Below are positions 12,567-25,254 of a stretch of 64,000 bases of DNA, piece by piece (the first letter of the stretch is position 1; every line of letters begins with the position of its first letter). The translations under genes were made by a program, and so were the position numbers. The notes under the pieces are model-generated. The model saw only the letters and a list, made by a program, of their open reading frames with translations, made no database searches and had not been told where the DNA came from. Location: NCBI RefSeq assembly GCF_001194135.2, contig NC_068992.1, positions 22,692,851 to 22,756,850 of the forward strand, read 5' to 3'. Origin of the DNA: Octopus bimaculoides (taxonomy: Eukaryota).

Positions 12567-14531
12567 TTTGTAACCTGGTTAATATTAACTACAGTTGTTT
12601 TTGAAGAGATACGCATTACTCACTCATAAACCATCATTTCATACGTAATTATTTGATTTGATTTTGGTTTACAATTTAAACGATTCCAAATTACTTCACA
12701 TTTGTCTTGAAAGAAAAAAATAGAGAGAAAAAGATTCATTATTTAACGCTATTTTTCACAAGGTAAGTGGATTTGTATCAGTAAACTTTTTCTCCAAATC
12801 TTCTAGCCAATTATGCATGTTCATTTTCTTGTCCGCTTCACAGGGAATTTAACAGACGTTTCAACAATTCCCAGTAGTACGACAGCAAGAAACATCTAAC
12901 CAAAATATTCAGAACATATCAGACACAGTATAATCGATATTTTAGATTTAGAATATTTAGATAAAGTCCATCTTCATTATATATACGCCTTAATTTAGCT
13001 GGAAATAACATTATTTCATCTCACGCTTCTCCTATTAGAACAGGCTTGGAACAGTCGCAACGAGGTAAGAGGTCACGATAGTTTATTTTTTCGCCTTTAG
13101 GTTTGCTATACTTGTTTTTTCTTTAACTAAACATGCATAAACACCATGAAGAAAACAATGTCTTCATTACTGCTTCTCTCGCAGCCATTTCTTCACCACC
13201 AATAAAAGACTGCATTTTCCAGATTCGAAGTCAAAACACCATCATATTTAATTTGATGGTTATTAAAAAAATCTGAAATCTAGTGATGCAGTATTGCCTA
13301 CACTCCTTTGCATACAAATTGTGTCTTTCCATCTGGTCAGAAAAAGCTGATACTTGCATGATGTTAAGATTCAGTTTTATTATATCAATATATTTAACTC
13401 GTAATAACGCAAATGCTTTTAGGTGTATCGTTTAACAAAGAATGACATCTATGAGGCAAAATATATTAATATCTTTCAACATTAATAATGCTTTTTGACA
13501 AATTTAGTATTTCGATCGTATGCAGTGTTATTTGCCTTAAGTTAAATCCAACTTATTACATCTCAAATTTTATTGAAAATCACTATCGGTATGGCTCCAA
13601 TGAACACGCTTTGTGGCATTTACGTAAATCCCTTATATTCTGTATTCACTTTTCACAGAAATCAACAACAGTAGTAAAAGTAACACTTTGAGGGCAACTG
13701 AAATATATGTATTTTCTTTAAATCTGTGACATGTTGTCAAATTATGAAATCATTTTTCAATGCCCTAACAACTTACAAACTTATATTTGCATTTCTTATT
13801 TGTTATTTCTATCTTTAACTCAACCTTCAGTATAATTATTCGATAATATATTATATTAGAGTGAAGAGCAATATGTACTGTGCTGCCTCATATTATGTGT
13901 CTAACAAATTACATTTCAATGAATACAAAATTGTACTTCTATTTAGTCTGGTAATGTAAGTACAAAATCTCATACAGAAATTAAATTTTATATAAACAGA
14001 TACAATAATGTTAAAGTTCTAAAACTAGGGAGCAGATGAAAGTTACCAAAATGTTAAGCTACGTCGTATCATAATGTAAACAAGAAAATGAAAACTCAGA
14101 AATAAGGCATGCCCTGTAATTTAAAAAATGTCATGGCCGGTATCAGGAAAAGAAAGTTTGTAGTGGGTTTGTGGTTTGTAGTGGAGGATAGTGGATAATG
14201 GAAAATATAGGAATTACTGTCATTATCTGCGCGACGTCGTATATATTAAGGAAATTGAGAAAGTGTAATCACAGTGCTCAAAGCTAGAACATTCCGCAAT
14301 GGGTGTACAGTTGTAATGGTGAACATATAGCTAACAGTAATCTTTGAGCTTTGTCATTTAAGTAATCAGGTTCAGACGAAGCAAATTTAGTGGTGGACTG
14401 CATTAATAAGTTCGGTAGAAGAAATAAATTTCATTCGATAAGGGATATTGCTTGTCCAATGAAGAAACGTGAAAGAGGGTGAAGAAGAAATTTTCGCGAT
14501 ATTCAGCATCGACACTAAATAAGCAGTTATA

Positions 14532-14964
14532 CAAGGAGTGTTCATTAAATATTTCGCCTGACCCACTTCCCGAGGACTGTGATAAAGTAAACTTGGTATG
14601 ATTATTAGATCTTCTCTACATATACACCACTAATGGTAACACACGTCTGCAGAAATCGGTAGGTTGCGTCTGGAGCCAATTTTTTTTACCTCGAAATATG
14701 TTCATCATCCGAAACGTTCCCCTCCATAAATGATTTCATGTTTAGAAAGAGGTGGAAGTCAGATGGTGCGAGATCGGGCGAGTGAGAGGGATGAAGAAGG
14801 ATTTCATAGCCGCAGGTGTGTGGTTTCATCTGGACCACATGCACATTGTGAACTGGGGCGTTGTCTTGGAAGAGGCGTTCACCTTTGGTCAGCATACCAC
14901 TCTCTCCTTTGATGGCGCCTTGCAATTTTTGCAGCAGAGAAACATAATATGCCCCATTAATTAT
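14532..14964 (-). mobile_element. Mariner (DD34D) transposase C-terminal fossil with right TIR
   Basis: INGAYYVSLLQKLQGAIK...FQDNAPVH...HPSHSPDLAPSDFHLF...WLQTQPTDF; ends in TA + CAAGGAGTGTTCATTAAATATTTCGCC TIR. Confidence 0.92.
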
Positions 14965-15332
14965 ACGACGGATTTGGTTACTAAGAATTACGTGGTGGCG
15001 TTAAACTGGGCTGTGAGATGTCATTTAGAATACGCTCAAATGCATATTCTGTAGAGTGTGCGCTTTCTAGTCTAGCACAGAAAACACTTCTGAATGAAAT
15101 AGTCTACATGAGTAATTTGCTGTTTTGATCGTTCTCTTCTATTAATACTTTAATCCTAGACCCTGTCGGCGCCCAAATTCTCCAACAAGATACATCTCCC
15201 TTTGCTTTTCTCTGCTGCATTACATAACGCAACCATCGCATTGAGCTTTTTCACCAATCTCACTTTCGAGACCCACAATCGTTCAGATTTTCTTCATACC
15301 TGGATCTACAAAACAGCAACCAAATCCGTCGT
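14965..15332. mobile_element. Putative ~370-bp MITE with 18-bp terminal inverted repeats
   Basis: ACGACGGATTTGGTTACT (14965-14982) vs reverse complement of 15315-15332 (ACGACGGATTTGGTTGCT), 17/18 match. Confidence 0.5.
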
Positions 15333-15871
15333 GTGTCAGTGCAGCCTGGAAAAGTTAAGGAGCCGTTCAGTTTTTTGTTGACTTCTTATTCAAATAAACT
15401 TACCTTAAATCATGTGATGTTATTAAGAAGATAAAATTATGGAGAGAAATGTGAGTGAAAGAGTAGCGGAAGTAAAAAAAATTGAGAGAGAGCGAAAGAG
15501 TGAAGAATGAGAAAGAAAGTTAAAGCAAGTTTCATGGCGGGTTTTCTAATTTTTCTAGTAACATCAACAATATATTTTATGTAATCTGTCCCCATAGAAG
15601 ACGTCTTCTGATATCTGAGCAATTGAAATTGGGCTAAAATAAGGTAATTTGACTATGACGTGGGTATATAGTTGGATCTCCATATAATAAAATTTGGAAA
15701 ATAATATTAAAGAATTATGCATGCATATTGGAAAGGTATTTTCAAAACTAATAATGATTCCGCTTCTGTGAAACCTTTATTAAGCTCGTTGAGCGTCCTT
15801 TATTGAACAACTTCTCTTACTAACCAAACCGAAACTATGCTTATGTTTGAAATAATGTTTCATCCTTTCTC

Positions 15872-16171
15872 GCACTCCGTCGGTTAAGACGACTCCGATC
15901 AACGGCACTGCCTGCTCGTGTAATTAGTGAGGAAATAGCTGAACTCTCCACATATATGCATACCTTTAATATAGTTCTCATGGAGATTTAGCGTGACACA
16001 GTTTGTGACAAGACTGACCCTTGAATTCAAATTACAACTTAGAGCTGAGAGTACTAAAGCAACGTAGAATAAAGTGCCTTGCTCAAGGACACAATGCGCC
16101 ACCAAGAGTCGAACTCATAACCTCATGATCATGAACTGACTACACTTAGCGAATAAGCCACGCCCTTTCAC
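15872..16171 (-). mobile_element. SINE family C copy
   Basis: Reverse complement of head, central box and T1 tail matches 11865-12195. Confidence 0.85.
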
Positions 16172-18713
16172 TATGCTTCATCAATGCTGGATTAATGTAT
16201 GATCGCATCTTCTGCTTGATAAGATATGGAATTCTAATGTGCAATGTGCAGAGTTAAGCAATCATGACAGCTATCATTATACTCTTCAAAGCAGGTATGA
16301 TAACTTCCTTCCTTCAATTGGGGATCATTGGGGAAATTAAAAGTTAAAGCAACTTTATGAATTACTACAGCAGTTCGTTTAATATCACAATATCTTCGGT
16401 AATGTTGTCTTGCTTATTTTCCGCAACACGTATAATAAAATAAAAACAACAATAAACGAGTGTATAAAGAATACATAGTGCGTGTTTATATTTAGCAAGA
16501 AAAAAATGACCATCCCAAAATATAATAATATTTGTTTAAACACACGATTTCACAGGAGATATTTAGCAAAACAAATTCATAAACATAACACTGTAAGAGT
16601 AATCTTACATAATTGAAATTACCAAATTCGAACTATGATATCGCGATAAAACTAAAGTACATTAAGGGTGTACTTTATCTATCGCTACCACTTAATTGTA
16701 TTACTGAACATTGTACTTCTTCGTTTCAGTTGTGGATTTCAAGCCTTGTGTAATCTTCACATATGCATACAAGTGACTGGAAAAAAATAACAGTCATTTC
16801 TTTCTCGAACACCACCTAATTGTTTTTGGACAATGTAATCTTGAAATGCAAAAGAATTGAAACATATCAGCTGCAATAATTTTGAACAAATTCGATAAGG
16901 GTTGTTATGAGATTAATTCACAGTAATTGATCACACCAATGTATTCTATTAGAAGCGATTAAACGATGTTACTTCATTCCGTTTTAATTATTTCAATGTG
17001 TTATTACTAAAGGTAGTTAGATGCATTATAGAGCATTCAGAATTATATGGCCTTAATGAGCAAGGACCTATGATAGAGAAGGAGTCAATAGTATTTCAGT
17101 GCAAGTTCCCATGAATAGTGATGATAATCGCGAATATCTTGAGGAAACGAATGGGAGTATCGAATAGGGAAAATTTAAATTCCAAAGTAGAGTGAAAAGA
17201 GTTAATAAATGACACGGACAAATGGAGCTGTTGTTTCATGAGATTGATAGCACTAAGTCGTCAATATAACGACAGCGTAGCATTAGAAGGATCCCGTGAA
17301 TTAGGTAAAAATGTTGCTCTAATTTTTTCCTTTTACTTTTTCAGTCTCTAAAAAACAGCAATCCCAGTCATTACCTCCATCTCCCTTCTCACTTTCATTT
17401 TTCCTCCCTTATCACCTTCGCCAGCCTGACTTATTCTGTGAATGGCAATAGGATATTCATGTATGGCTGGGATATATTCATTCTTTGCTCACGATGATAA
17501 GCTGATATCAATTGCAATTGGGATCAAACACAAATTAGGACTTAACTGAAACGGTTAATCTTATTTGCCTCTCGTAACTAAATAGTTGAATGTTTTCTGA
17601 ATGAATAACGTGTGTAAGAAAATCTAAGTTAAATTTTATGATCTTAAACTTCTGATTATACCACGTACAATATGTAAAGTAAAACAACAAATGTATATTG
17701 TGTTAACTTCTTTTAATACTTAAAATATAAAAATTACCCCTGGCGTATTTCAGGGAAAGTTGGACATCCCCTTAAATCGATAACTTCCTGTTACTCTTTA
17801 AGGTTCGAATAAAATTTAATTGCAATCGATATTTCAGCCAGGTCAGTCTCATTTGCACAATGCGATTTCTTTTTCAGGGGCGCATTTAAATATCGGAAAG
17901 ATAGTTTGCTCACAATGAGCATGTGCTATGAAATGTGAAATAGTTTTAATATAGAGAAACTTTAGTTTATATAAAGGATGTTTGAATTGTTGTTGTGAAC
18001 AGAAAAGAAAACCCTTTAGACCTTGGGAGAGGCATTATGCCGGTAATAAACACACGCACTGGCTCAGTCCTTTATTAATTTATATAGTTTTTTGTTAAAT
18101 TATTTCATTGCACATAATGCCTCTCCCAAGGTTTAATTGTATTTCTTTCAACACACGTATCCACATCAAGAATCTTGCACACGAAATACACATACAAAAC
18201 CCTTTAGATTTTTGGTCATATTCCCGTTATATTAGTTGCCATACCTTGGTCAATTTCATCGCTCCTACTCGTGAAGGAGACCTGATAAGTAACACTGCAA
18301 TGTATGGATTCGGTAAAATGGATTAAAACTGCAAATAATTGTATCTTGTGATAGCAGCAGCCTAAGAATTGAAACTATTGAAATAATAAAATAAAACAGA
18401 ATAATGAAAGAATGGAAACAAATTGGATCGATGAAGAGATTTTTGTTTTCTTTATCTGTCTCTTTCTCTCTTTCTGTAGAAATGAAAGAAATTCGAGTAA
18501 AATTGTATTCTCATGATGTATTTCAGACTATTTGGTAAGATAATTAATTTTCAAGTTTTTCAAAATTCTATTCTTGAAAATCTCCTAGGTGTTGAATAGT
18601 CTAATTGAATTCAGATTTTAATAAATTCCAACCATGGGAACATCTATGAAATAAATAGTAAATGTGTTCGCTTATATTTCAAAGCATAATTTTGTGCACA
18701 TTTCAAAACTACA

Positions 18714-18900
18714 GGCGGTGCCTTGGCAGATTCGTTAAAGTGTTTGACAAAACAACGGGCAGTGTTTCTTCTGCGCTCAGATTTTAGATCTCAGTTATCT
18801 TTGATTTCAGATTTCAGTTATATTTGTCTTCCATCCTTTAGAGTTCTATAAATTAATGTAACAGCGAAATTACCAGATATATTCTCTTCCTCCTTGACTT
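18714..18900 (+). mobile_element. Degraded SINE family A copy
   Basis: ggcggtgccttggcagattcgtta head; ttccatcctttagag body remnant. Confidence 0.55.
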
Positions 18901-18920
18901 GAGTTGTAAAAATAACCACC

Positions 18921-18994
18921 CACGGTCATATGGCGTAGTGGTTAACAGCGCGGGCTACTAACCCCAAGATTTCGAGTTCGATTCCAGGTAGTAA

Positions 18995-19053
<59 letters not shown>

Positions 19054-19244
19054 TCGAAAAATACCTTAGGAATGAGAACCCAGGTTCGAAATTTCCCCAA
19101 TACACCTGATGAAGGCTGGAGGGTATATCAGCCGAAACGTTGTGTTAACAACAAACAAGATGAGGACAAATATCCGTCAAATATAAATAATATAAATAAC
19201 GTAAATAATATGCATAATTCGCCATCTCTTAAATATAGAACTGT
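18921..19244 (+). mobile_element. tRNA(Arg-like)-headed SINE with internal (AAT)n and hammerhead-containing Penelope-type tail (family H)
   Basis: A box TGGCGTAGTGG, GGG-CTACTAA-CCC anticodon arm, B box GAGTTCGATTCC, (AAT)n ~18999-19050; 9-bp direct repeat ATAACCACC at 18912-18920 and 19245-19253; second partial copy at 31710-31894. Confidence 0.85.
19102..19145 (+). ncRNA. Minimal type I hammerhead ribozyme motif
   Basis: Stem I ACAC(19102-05)/GTGT(19142-45); CTGATGA 19106-12; one extra A; stem II GGCTG/CAGCC; GAAA 19134-37; C-G-T-T, with predicted cleavage after 19141; stem III replaced by the palindrome AACGTT. Activity not demonstrated. Confidence 0.75.
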
Positions 19245-20187
19245 ATAACCACCACTATCCAGTTAAACACCACCACTTGGTCATTTAGTGAATTTAGTGG
19301 AATTTCCTCTATTGGAGTAATACAAACAATTTCACCGGTCGATTAATAATTTTTCCCTCTTTCCTGGTGGTTGTGAAGACTCGGTGTAGTCTCTCACTTC
19401 CTCATAATGCAGTAAAAGCACTAACGATAATATGAAGTGTGACGGCCTTGTGGAATATAAGCACACGTTTATGGCAGCAACAATGAGCATATGATGGAGC
19501 TGGAATAATGAGAATATGGTGCATCAGCAGTAATGCCTATTCTTACGTTAGCCCCCACAGTAAGTCTAATTCTGTAGAAGTCGTATATACTCGCATTACA
19601 AACACCATTGTTTTCTCTATGCCTGTAATTCAGCCTTATCAATTTTCATTCGTTATTCTGAAATGCAATTTATTCAAGAAACCAAATAGTGACTTTCATT
19701 ATTAGCATTTAATTATTTATTTCGATATTTACTGAAGACTCTCTGAAGTCTTAGCATTAGATATACAAATTTTGCTGACAGATATTAAACAATTTGTATC
19801 CAGATATGGCTATTGCCAAAAATGATAACGAAATACTGCATATGATAAGCAAAAACAATAACTACATCTAGGATTCAACGCTAGTGATGAGAGTTCGATC
19901 CCTAGTATGTACTCACAATTTCAATTTTCCTGTGCTACATACGTTCCTATGCGCAGTCAATTGTTTATAAGTTTTTATTCTGTATTGCTGAATATATTCT
20001 ACCGAGTATATTTTGTTCAACACCCCTACGTACAGAGAGAGAGAGAGAGAGAAGGAAAGTGAGAGAGATAGAGAGGGGGAGTGAGAGAGAGAGAAATTGT
20101 GTGTATGTATGTGTGTATGAATGACTGTATACAAGTGTATTCATATTATTATCTATATACACATGCATATTCATACATACATTCATA

Positions 20188-20193
20188 TATATG

Positions 20194-20274
<81 letters not shown>
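20188..20274. repeat. (TA)n microsatellite
   Basis: Direct reading. Confidence 0.97.
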
Positions 20275-20277
<3 letters not shown>

Positions 20278-21169
20278 TGTATATGTATGTATATATACAA
20301 ACATACATGCATACAAATGTGTATTAGGCTATATACAAAAAAAAATTGCAGAAAAACTCAGAAATACACGGTTTCTCAGAGAAATACACTCTATTAATGG
20401 CACAGTGCATATTTGTAATACAAACCGAAACTTATTCATCTGAGAGCCTTATGTAAATAGCTGCACACACTTGGGTGTATGCATCGTCAGTTCAACGAAC
20501 ACACCAAGTCAACCGCACATTTACAAACACCGACAAATCTCTGAACTCTAAAAGACTTGTCGCTTCGTTAGCGACAGGCTTGGACTCTCTCAGGAAGAGC
20601 TTAAATAACACTCAAAGAAAAACCATACATATATTTGTATGCAAACACACAGACACGCACACACACACACAGACACAAACACACACACACAAACAGACAC
20701 CCACACCCACTCACGCATATATATATTGGCATTTATATGAGTGTGCCTGTGTGAGTGTGAATGTCACACACAGTCTTATGAATTTGTGATCAGTGGCGAG
20801 GTTAAAGATTGATAGTAACATGTGAATTGAACGTAATAACAAGAAAGTCGCTCTTTTAGTATTTGAAAATGGCAAAACCAGATTCGAGTGTTGCACTCTC
20901 TTGATGGTATAATTAATTTCTCTGGAAATGCTGTTGAACTTCTCAAATTTATCAAACTTTGAGCAATATTTTTCCACGAAAGCCAAACATAAATATTAAA
21001 TTAAGACGTGTTACGCTGGAAAATGTTAAGATGTAGTATGGAAATAAACGTTGCTTTGTATATTAAAAGAAACTCAAATATTTAATAATTAAATGCTTGT
21101 ATGGACAGCAACTGAAAAGAAAATATTGACCACTAATTTCACACAAAAGCATGCGTACATGCATAGGCG

Positions 21170-21179
21170 CACACACACA

Positions 21180-21255
<76 letters not shown>
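21170..21255. repeat. (CA)n microsatellite
   Basis: Direct reading. Confidence 0.97.
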
Positions 21256-21257
<2 letters not shown>

Positions 21258-21329
21258 CTCTCACACACACATAAGTATATTTACACATGTGAACTCTGCA
21301 TTCGGTGTTCCATGTGCAACTAGTTGCTT

Positions 21330-21918
21330 AACAACAACAGAAGATGACACTTCAAAACGCGTTTTTTGGGGAGTTGTTGTTCAATTCGTGCGGCATTTCT
21401 CAAGTATTTTTGTTTTTAGAATCCCTTTCAAGTGGTTGGAAATTGTCGTATACATTTCATCTAATTCAGAAGCAAGCTTTGGAAAAGTTGTGCGTAAATC
21501 GGCTTCCGCTAAGGCTCTTAGTTGGTCGTTGTCAACATCCGATGGCCGACCACTACGCTTATCATCTTGACGACTCTCGTCACCACTACGAAATTTCTTG
21601 AACCATCATTGTTCATTAGTGGTTCCTGGGCCAAACTCATCGTTGATATCGCGAGCTGTTTCAGCAGCTTTTCGGCCTAGCTTGAATTGAAATAAAGAAA
21701 TTGAGCGAATTTGCTTTTTGTCCATGTTGTATTGAACGTTCCCGAAAAAAAAAATGACCTAATTATTCAAAAAGAAAAGGAGTAACACGATTAGAAAGAG
21801 CGAAAAACGGGCTTTAAAATGATATATAATGTCAAAGTAATTTAACGAGAATTAATTTGAAAATATATCATTTAAAACTAAAATTAAAAATTGCGCACGA
21901 ACTTTCGTGACAACCTAA
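21330..21918 (-). mobile_element. Hsmar1-like (cecropia subfamily) mariner 5' half with left TIR
   Basis: From ATG at 21725: MDKKQIRSISLFQFKLGRKAAETARDINDEFGPGTTNEQ*WFKKFRSGDESRQDDKRSGRPSDVDNDQLRAL...RFEVSSS; TIR TA-TTAGGTTGTCACGAAAG at 21920-21900 (cf. TTAGGTTGGTGCAAAAG). Confidence 0.93.
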
Positions 21919-22091
21919 TATGTCTTGCACATCAGCGTGATACTTGTTCATTTTGTGTGGATGATATTCAATACAATATTACCTTTTGTGTGTATTGGTT
22001 GTCGAGCGATGGTAGGGGGCGAATACAGACACACAAGCATACATACATACACGCACACACGCACGCACACACACATACATACACACAAACA

Positions 22092-22227
22092 CACACACGA
22101 CAGGCTTCGTTTCAGTTTCCGTCTACCAAATACACTCACAAGGCTTTGGTCGGCCCGAGGCCATAGTAGAACTCACTTGCCCGGAACCATGTGGCATATA
22201 AGCAAACTACTTGCCACAAAAGCACTG

Positions 22228-22228
<1 letters not shown>
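22092..22228 (-). mobile_element. SINE family B copy with internal deletion
   Basis: ttcagtttccgtctaccaaat...acaaggctttggtcggcccgagg matches the family B body. Confidence 0.8.
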
Positions 22229-22283
<55 letters not shown>

Positions 22284-23242
22284 ATATATATNNNNNNNNN
22301 NNNNNNNNNNNNNNNNNNNNNNNNNNNNNNNNNNNNNNNNNNNNNNNNNNNNNNNNNNNNNNNNNNNNNNNNNNNNNNNNNNNNNNNNNNNNNNNNNNNN
22401 NNNNNNNNNNNNNNNNNNNNNNNNNNNNNNNNNNNNNNNNNNNNNNNNNNNNNNNNNNNNNNNNNNNNNNNNNNNNNNNNNNNNNNNNNNNNNNNNNNNN
22501 NNNNNNNNNNNNNNNNNNNNNNNNNNNNNNNNNNNNNNNNNNNNNNNNNNNNNNNNNNNNNNNNNNNNNNNNNNNNNNNNNNNNNNNNNNNNNNNNNNNN
22601 NNNNNNNNNNNNNNNNNNNNNNNNNNNNNNNNNNNNNNNNNNNNNNNNNNNNNNNNNNNNNNNNNNNNNNNNNNNNNNNNNNNNNNNNNNNNNNNNNNNN
22701 NNNNNNNNNNNNNNNNNNNNNNNNNNNNNNNNNNNNNNNNNNNNNNNNNNNNNNNNNNNNNNNNNNNNNNNNNNNNNNNNNNNNNNNNNNNNNNNNNNNN
22801 NNNNNNNNNNNNNNNNNNNNNNNNNNNNNNNNNNNNNNNNNNNNNNNNNNNNNNNNNNNNNNNNNNNNNNNNNNNNNNNNNNNNNNNNNNNNNNNNNNNN
22901 NNNNNNNNNNNNNNNNNNNNNNNNNNNNNNNNNNNNNNNNNNNNNNNNNNNNNNNNNNNNNNNNNNNNNNNNNNNNNNNNNNNNNNNNNNNNNNNNNNNN
23001 NNNNNNNNNNNNNNNNNNNNNNNNNNNNNNNNNNNNNNNNNNNNNNNNNNNNNNNNNNNNNNNNNNNNNNNNNNNNNNNNNNNNNNNNNNNNNNNNNNNN
23101 NNNNNNNNNNNNNNNNNNNNNNNNNNNNNNNNNNNNNNNNNNNNNNNNNNNNNNNNNNNNNNNNNNNNNNNNNNNNNNNNNNNNNNNNNNNNNNNNNNNN
23201 NNNNNNNNNNNNNNNNNNNNNNNNNNNNNNNNNNNNNNNNNN

Positions 23243-23309
<67 letters not shown>

Positions 23310-25254
23310 TTTTTTTTCGTTCAGTTCCCTCTCTTTCAGTCCGTCTCTATATGACAAATAAAGTAATCTTATAGTCATTTGATATCTCTTTCTAGCATCT
23401 GGCTCTATCATGTAGTTGCCCTTATTATAATTATTATAAAATATTATTTAGTCTGTATAAATTTATACCTAAAAGGTTTTACATGCTATCTACTTGATAA
23501 AATCCTATATAGATTTTATACTTGATTATATATATGCATGCAAATATAACATGGACGTGATGGAAGAGAAAAAAACGCACCATAGCACCTTTGAATGCAG
23601 TAGTTGATTCACTAACGATTAATTTAATGATTAAATTATAAGGCCACTATGAGTGTCTGTAAGCAACGTCATCGCCAGCATTATTATCCCTGCATCAGTT
23701 TCGTCTCTACCACTACCTTCGCCAACAACAATAGTAACTTCATAATCACTATAACCCTTTACATACTGAACTTATCGCTCCTGTACCAACGCCGCTCCCC
23801 CCCCACCAGTATCACCATCGCCAGCATCAGCTCTAACCCATCATCAATATCATCATAACAACTGTGATTACCGCCACCTTTTGGCGTGATCGGAAAACAT
23901 CTCTAAAACAATAGCTTTCTATTCATTACGATCCAATATTTTCCCTTAATTAAATACTTACTTCAAAGTCACCCGTACAATTACTCAAGAATGAGTTCTT
24001 TCCAACATCGACTAATGTAAACCGTTCACGTAGTATTGATTGTTTCTCGGTGTGTCTTTAACTGCAAATTACAAGCCTTGGTACGTATTCAATAGTAATT
24101 GAAAGCGTTTTTGGTGCCACCTATATATTCCAACAACAAATGACATTAATTCGTTCGGAAATATGGTATGTTACTCTCTTTCCTTATTACCACCGCATTT
24201 TTTCAATATATATAATTTAGTTTGATGAGCAACGGTAGTTGTCATGACATATACAGCTCACAATTGTGAAATCAATGTAATTCTGTTTTGCTTAAATGTA
24301 TATCGTCTAGGTCGACGGTAGTATAAGCGGAATTTAAAAAAAAAAACCATATGAGTTCGGTTTCGCTTCAAGCTCACCAACTTTATTTAAGACCCATAAG
24401 AAGAGCTCAGGATCTGAAACTATTTGAACAGCAATTACATTGACAGCAACACCAATAACACTAAATAGAAGGAAGGCTTTTATTCCTTGGTTTCAATTGA
24501 AGCCTCGTTGTGCGACATACAGGAGAATTGCGTAAAACGTGGAGAAAAAAAGATATACAAATGATCCAATTTTAAGATAGAGCAAAAGTCTACAGAGGCA
24601 TCGGCTATATATCAAATAAATGAATTCAAGTTTGCAGGAAATATTGAAGATTTAGGACAGATACTTGACGAACAAGAAAAGGTAAAACTAATGAAAGCTG
24701 ATTATAGGTGATGCATTTGATTATGGGAGAAACAGTATAAAAGATATTGTTGAAAAAATTTGCGGTGGGGAGAGAACAGAGTAGGCGTGTGTGAATAACA
24801 GTGTGCGTGTGCATTTGTGTGACTATTTGCGTCCGTATGTATGTGCGTGTGTGTTCATATTCTTCAATCAGTTCTGTAAATGTGTATGTTCGTATGCGTG
24901 CATGTATATGTGTGTGTGTGTAAACGAGCAAATGTCTTCTTATTTGAACTACAGTTGTGATATCACCCTATCTATCTACTGACGTGGATTTTGCTGTAGA
25001 GAAATGCATAGAGATAATATGTGAGAGCGAAGTAGATTTCCACAAAGTTAACACGAGTGAACTAAGCCTCTTCCTAGAAAATGTTCATAGTACGTAGCAG
25101 AATTCCTTCAACAATGTTGACGCCTAGGTATTATGCATACATGGGCCCGTCTGGGTGGATAGGCAAGGGAGTAGGTCGATAGGCAGGTAGGTGGTTATAG
25201 AGGGTAGAAGATAGGATTAGAACGACAACAGGACGCAAGTAACCCCATAAAAAT

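Noticed and set aside
13039-13064. Candidate micro-exon (ctcctattag|...GAG|gtaaga)
   Set aside because: Splice-like signals only; no recognisable peptide or partner exons, and such matches are expected by chance in 64 kb.
18925-18995. Genuine tRNA-Ser(ACT) gene
   Set aside because: Poor acceptor-stem pairing, no Ser-type variable arm, and it sits inside a TSD-flanked repeat; it is a SINE head.
21925-23411. Long ORFs (340-480 aa) across the gap; similar ones at 1533-1935, 10422-10977, 29324-29980, 41557-42034, 50372-51152 and 61248-62521
   Set aside because: They consist of X from N-runs plus dinucleotide or trinucleotide repeat translations.
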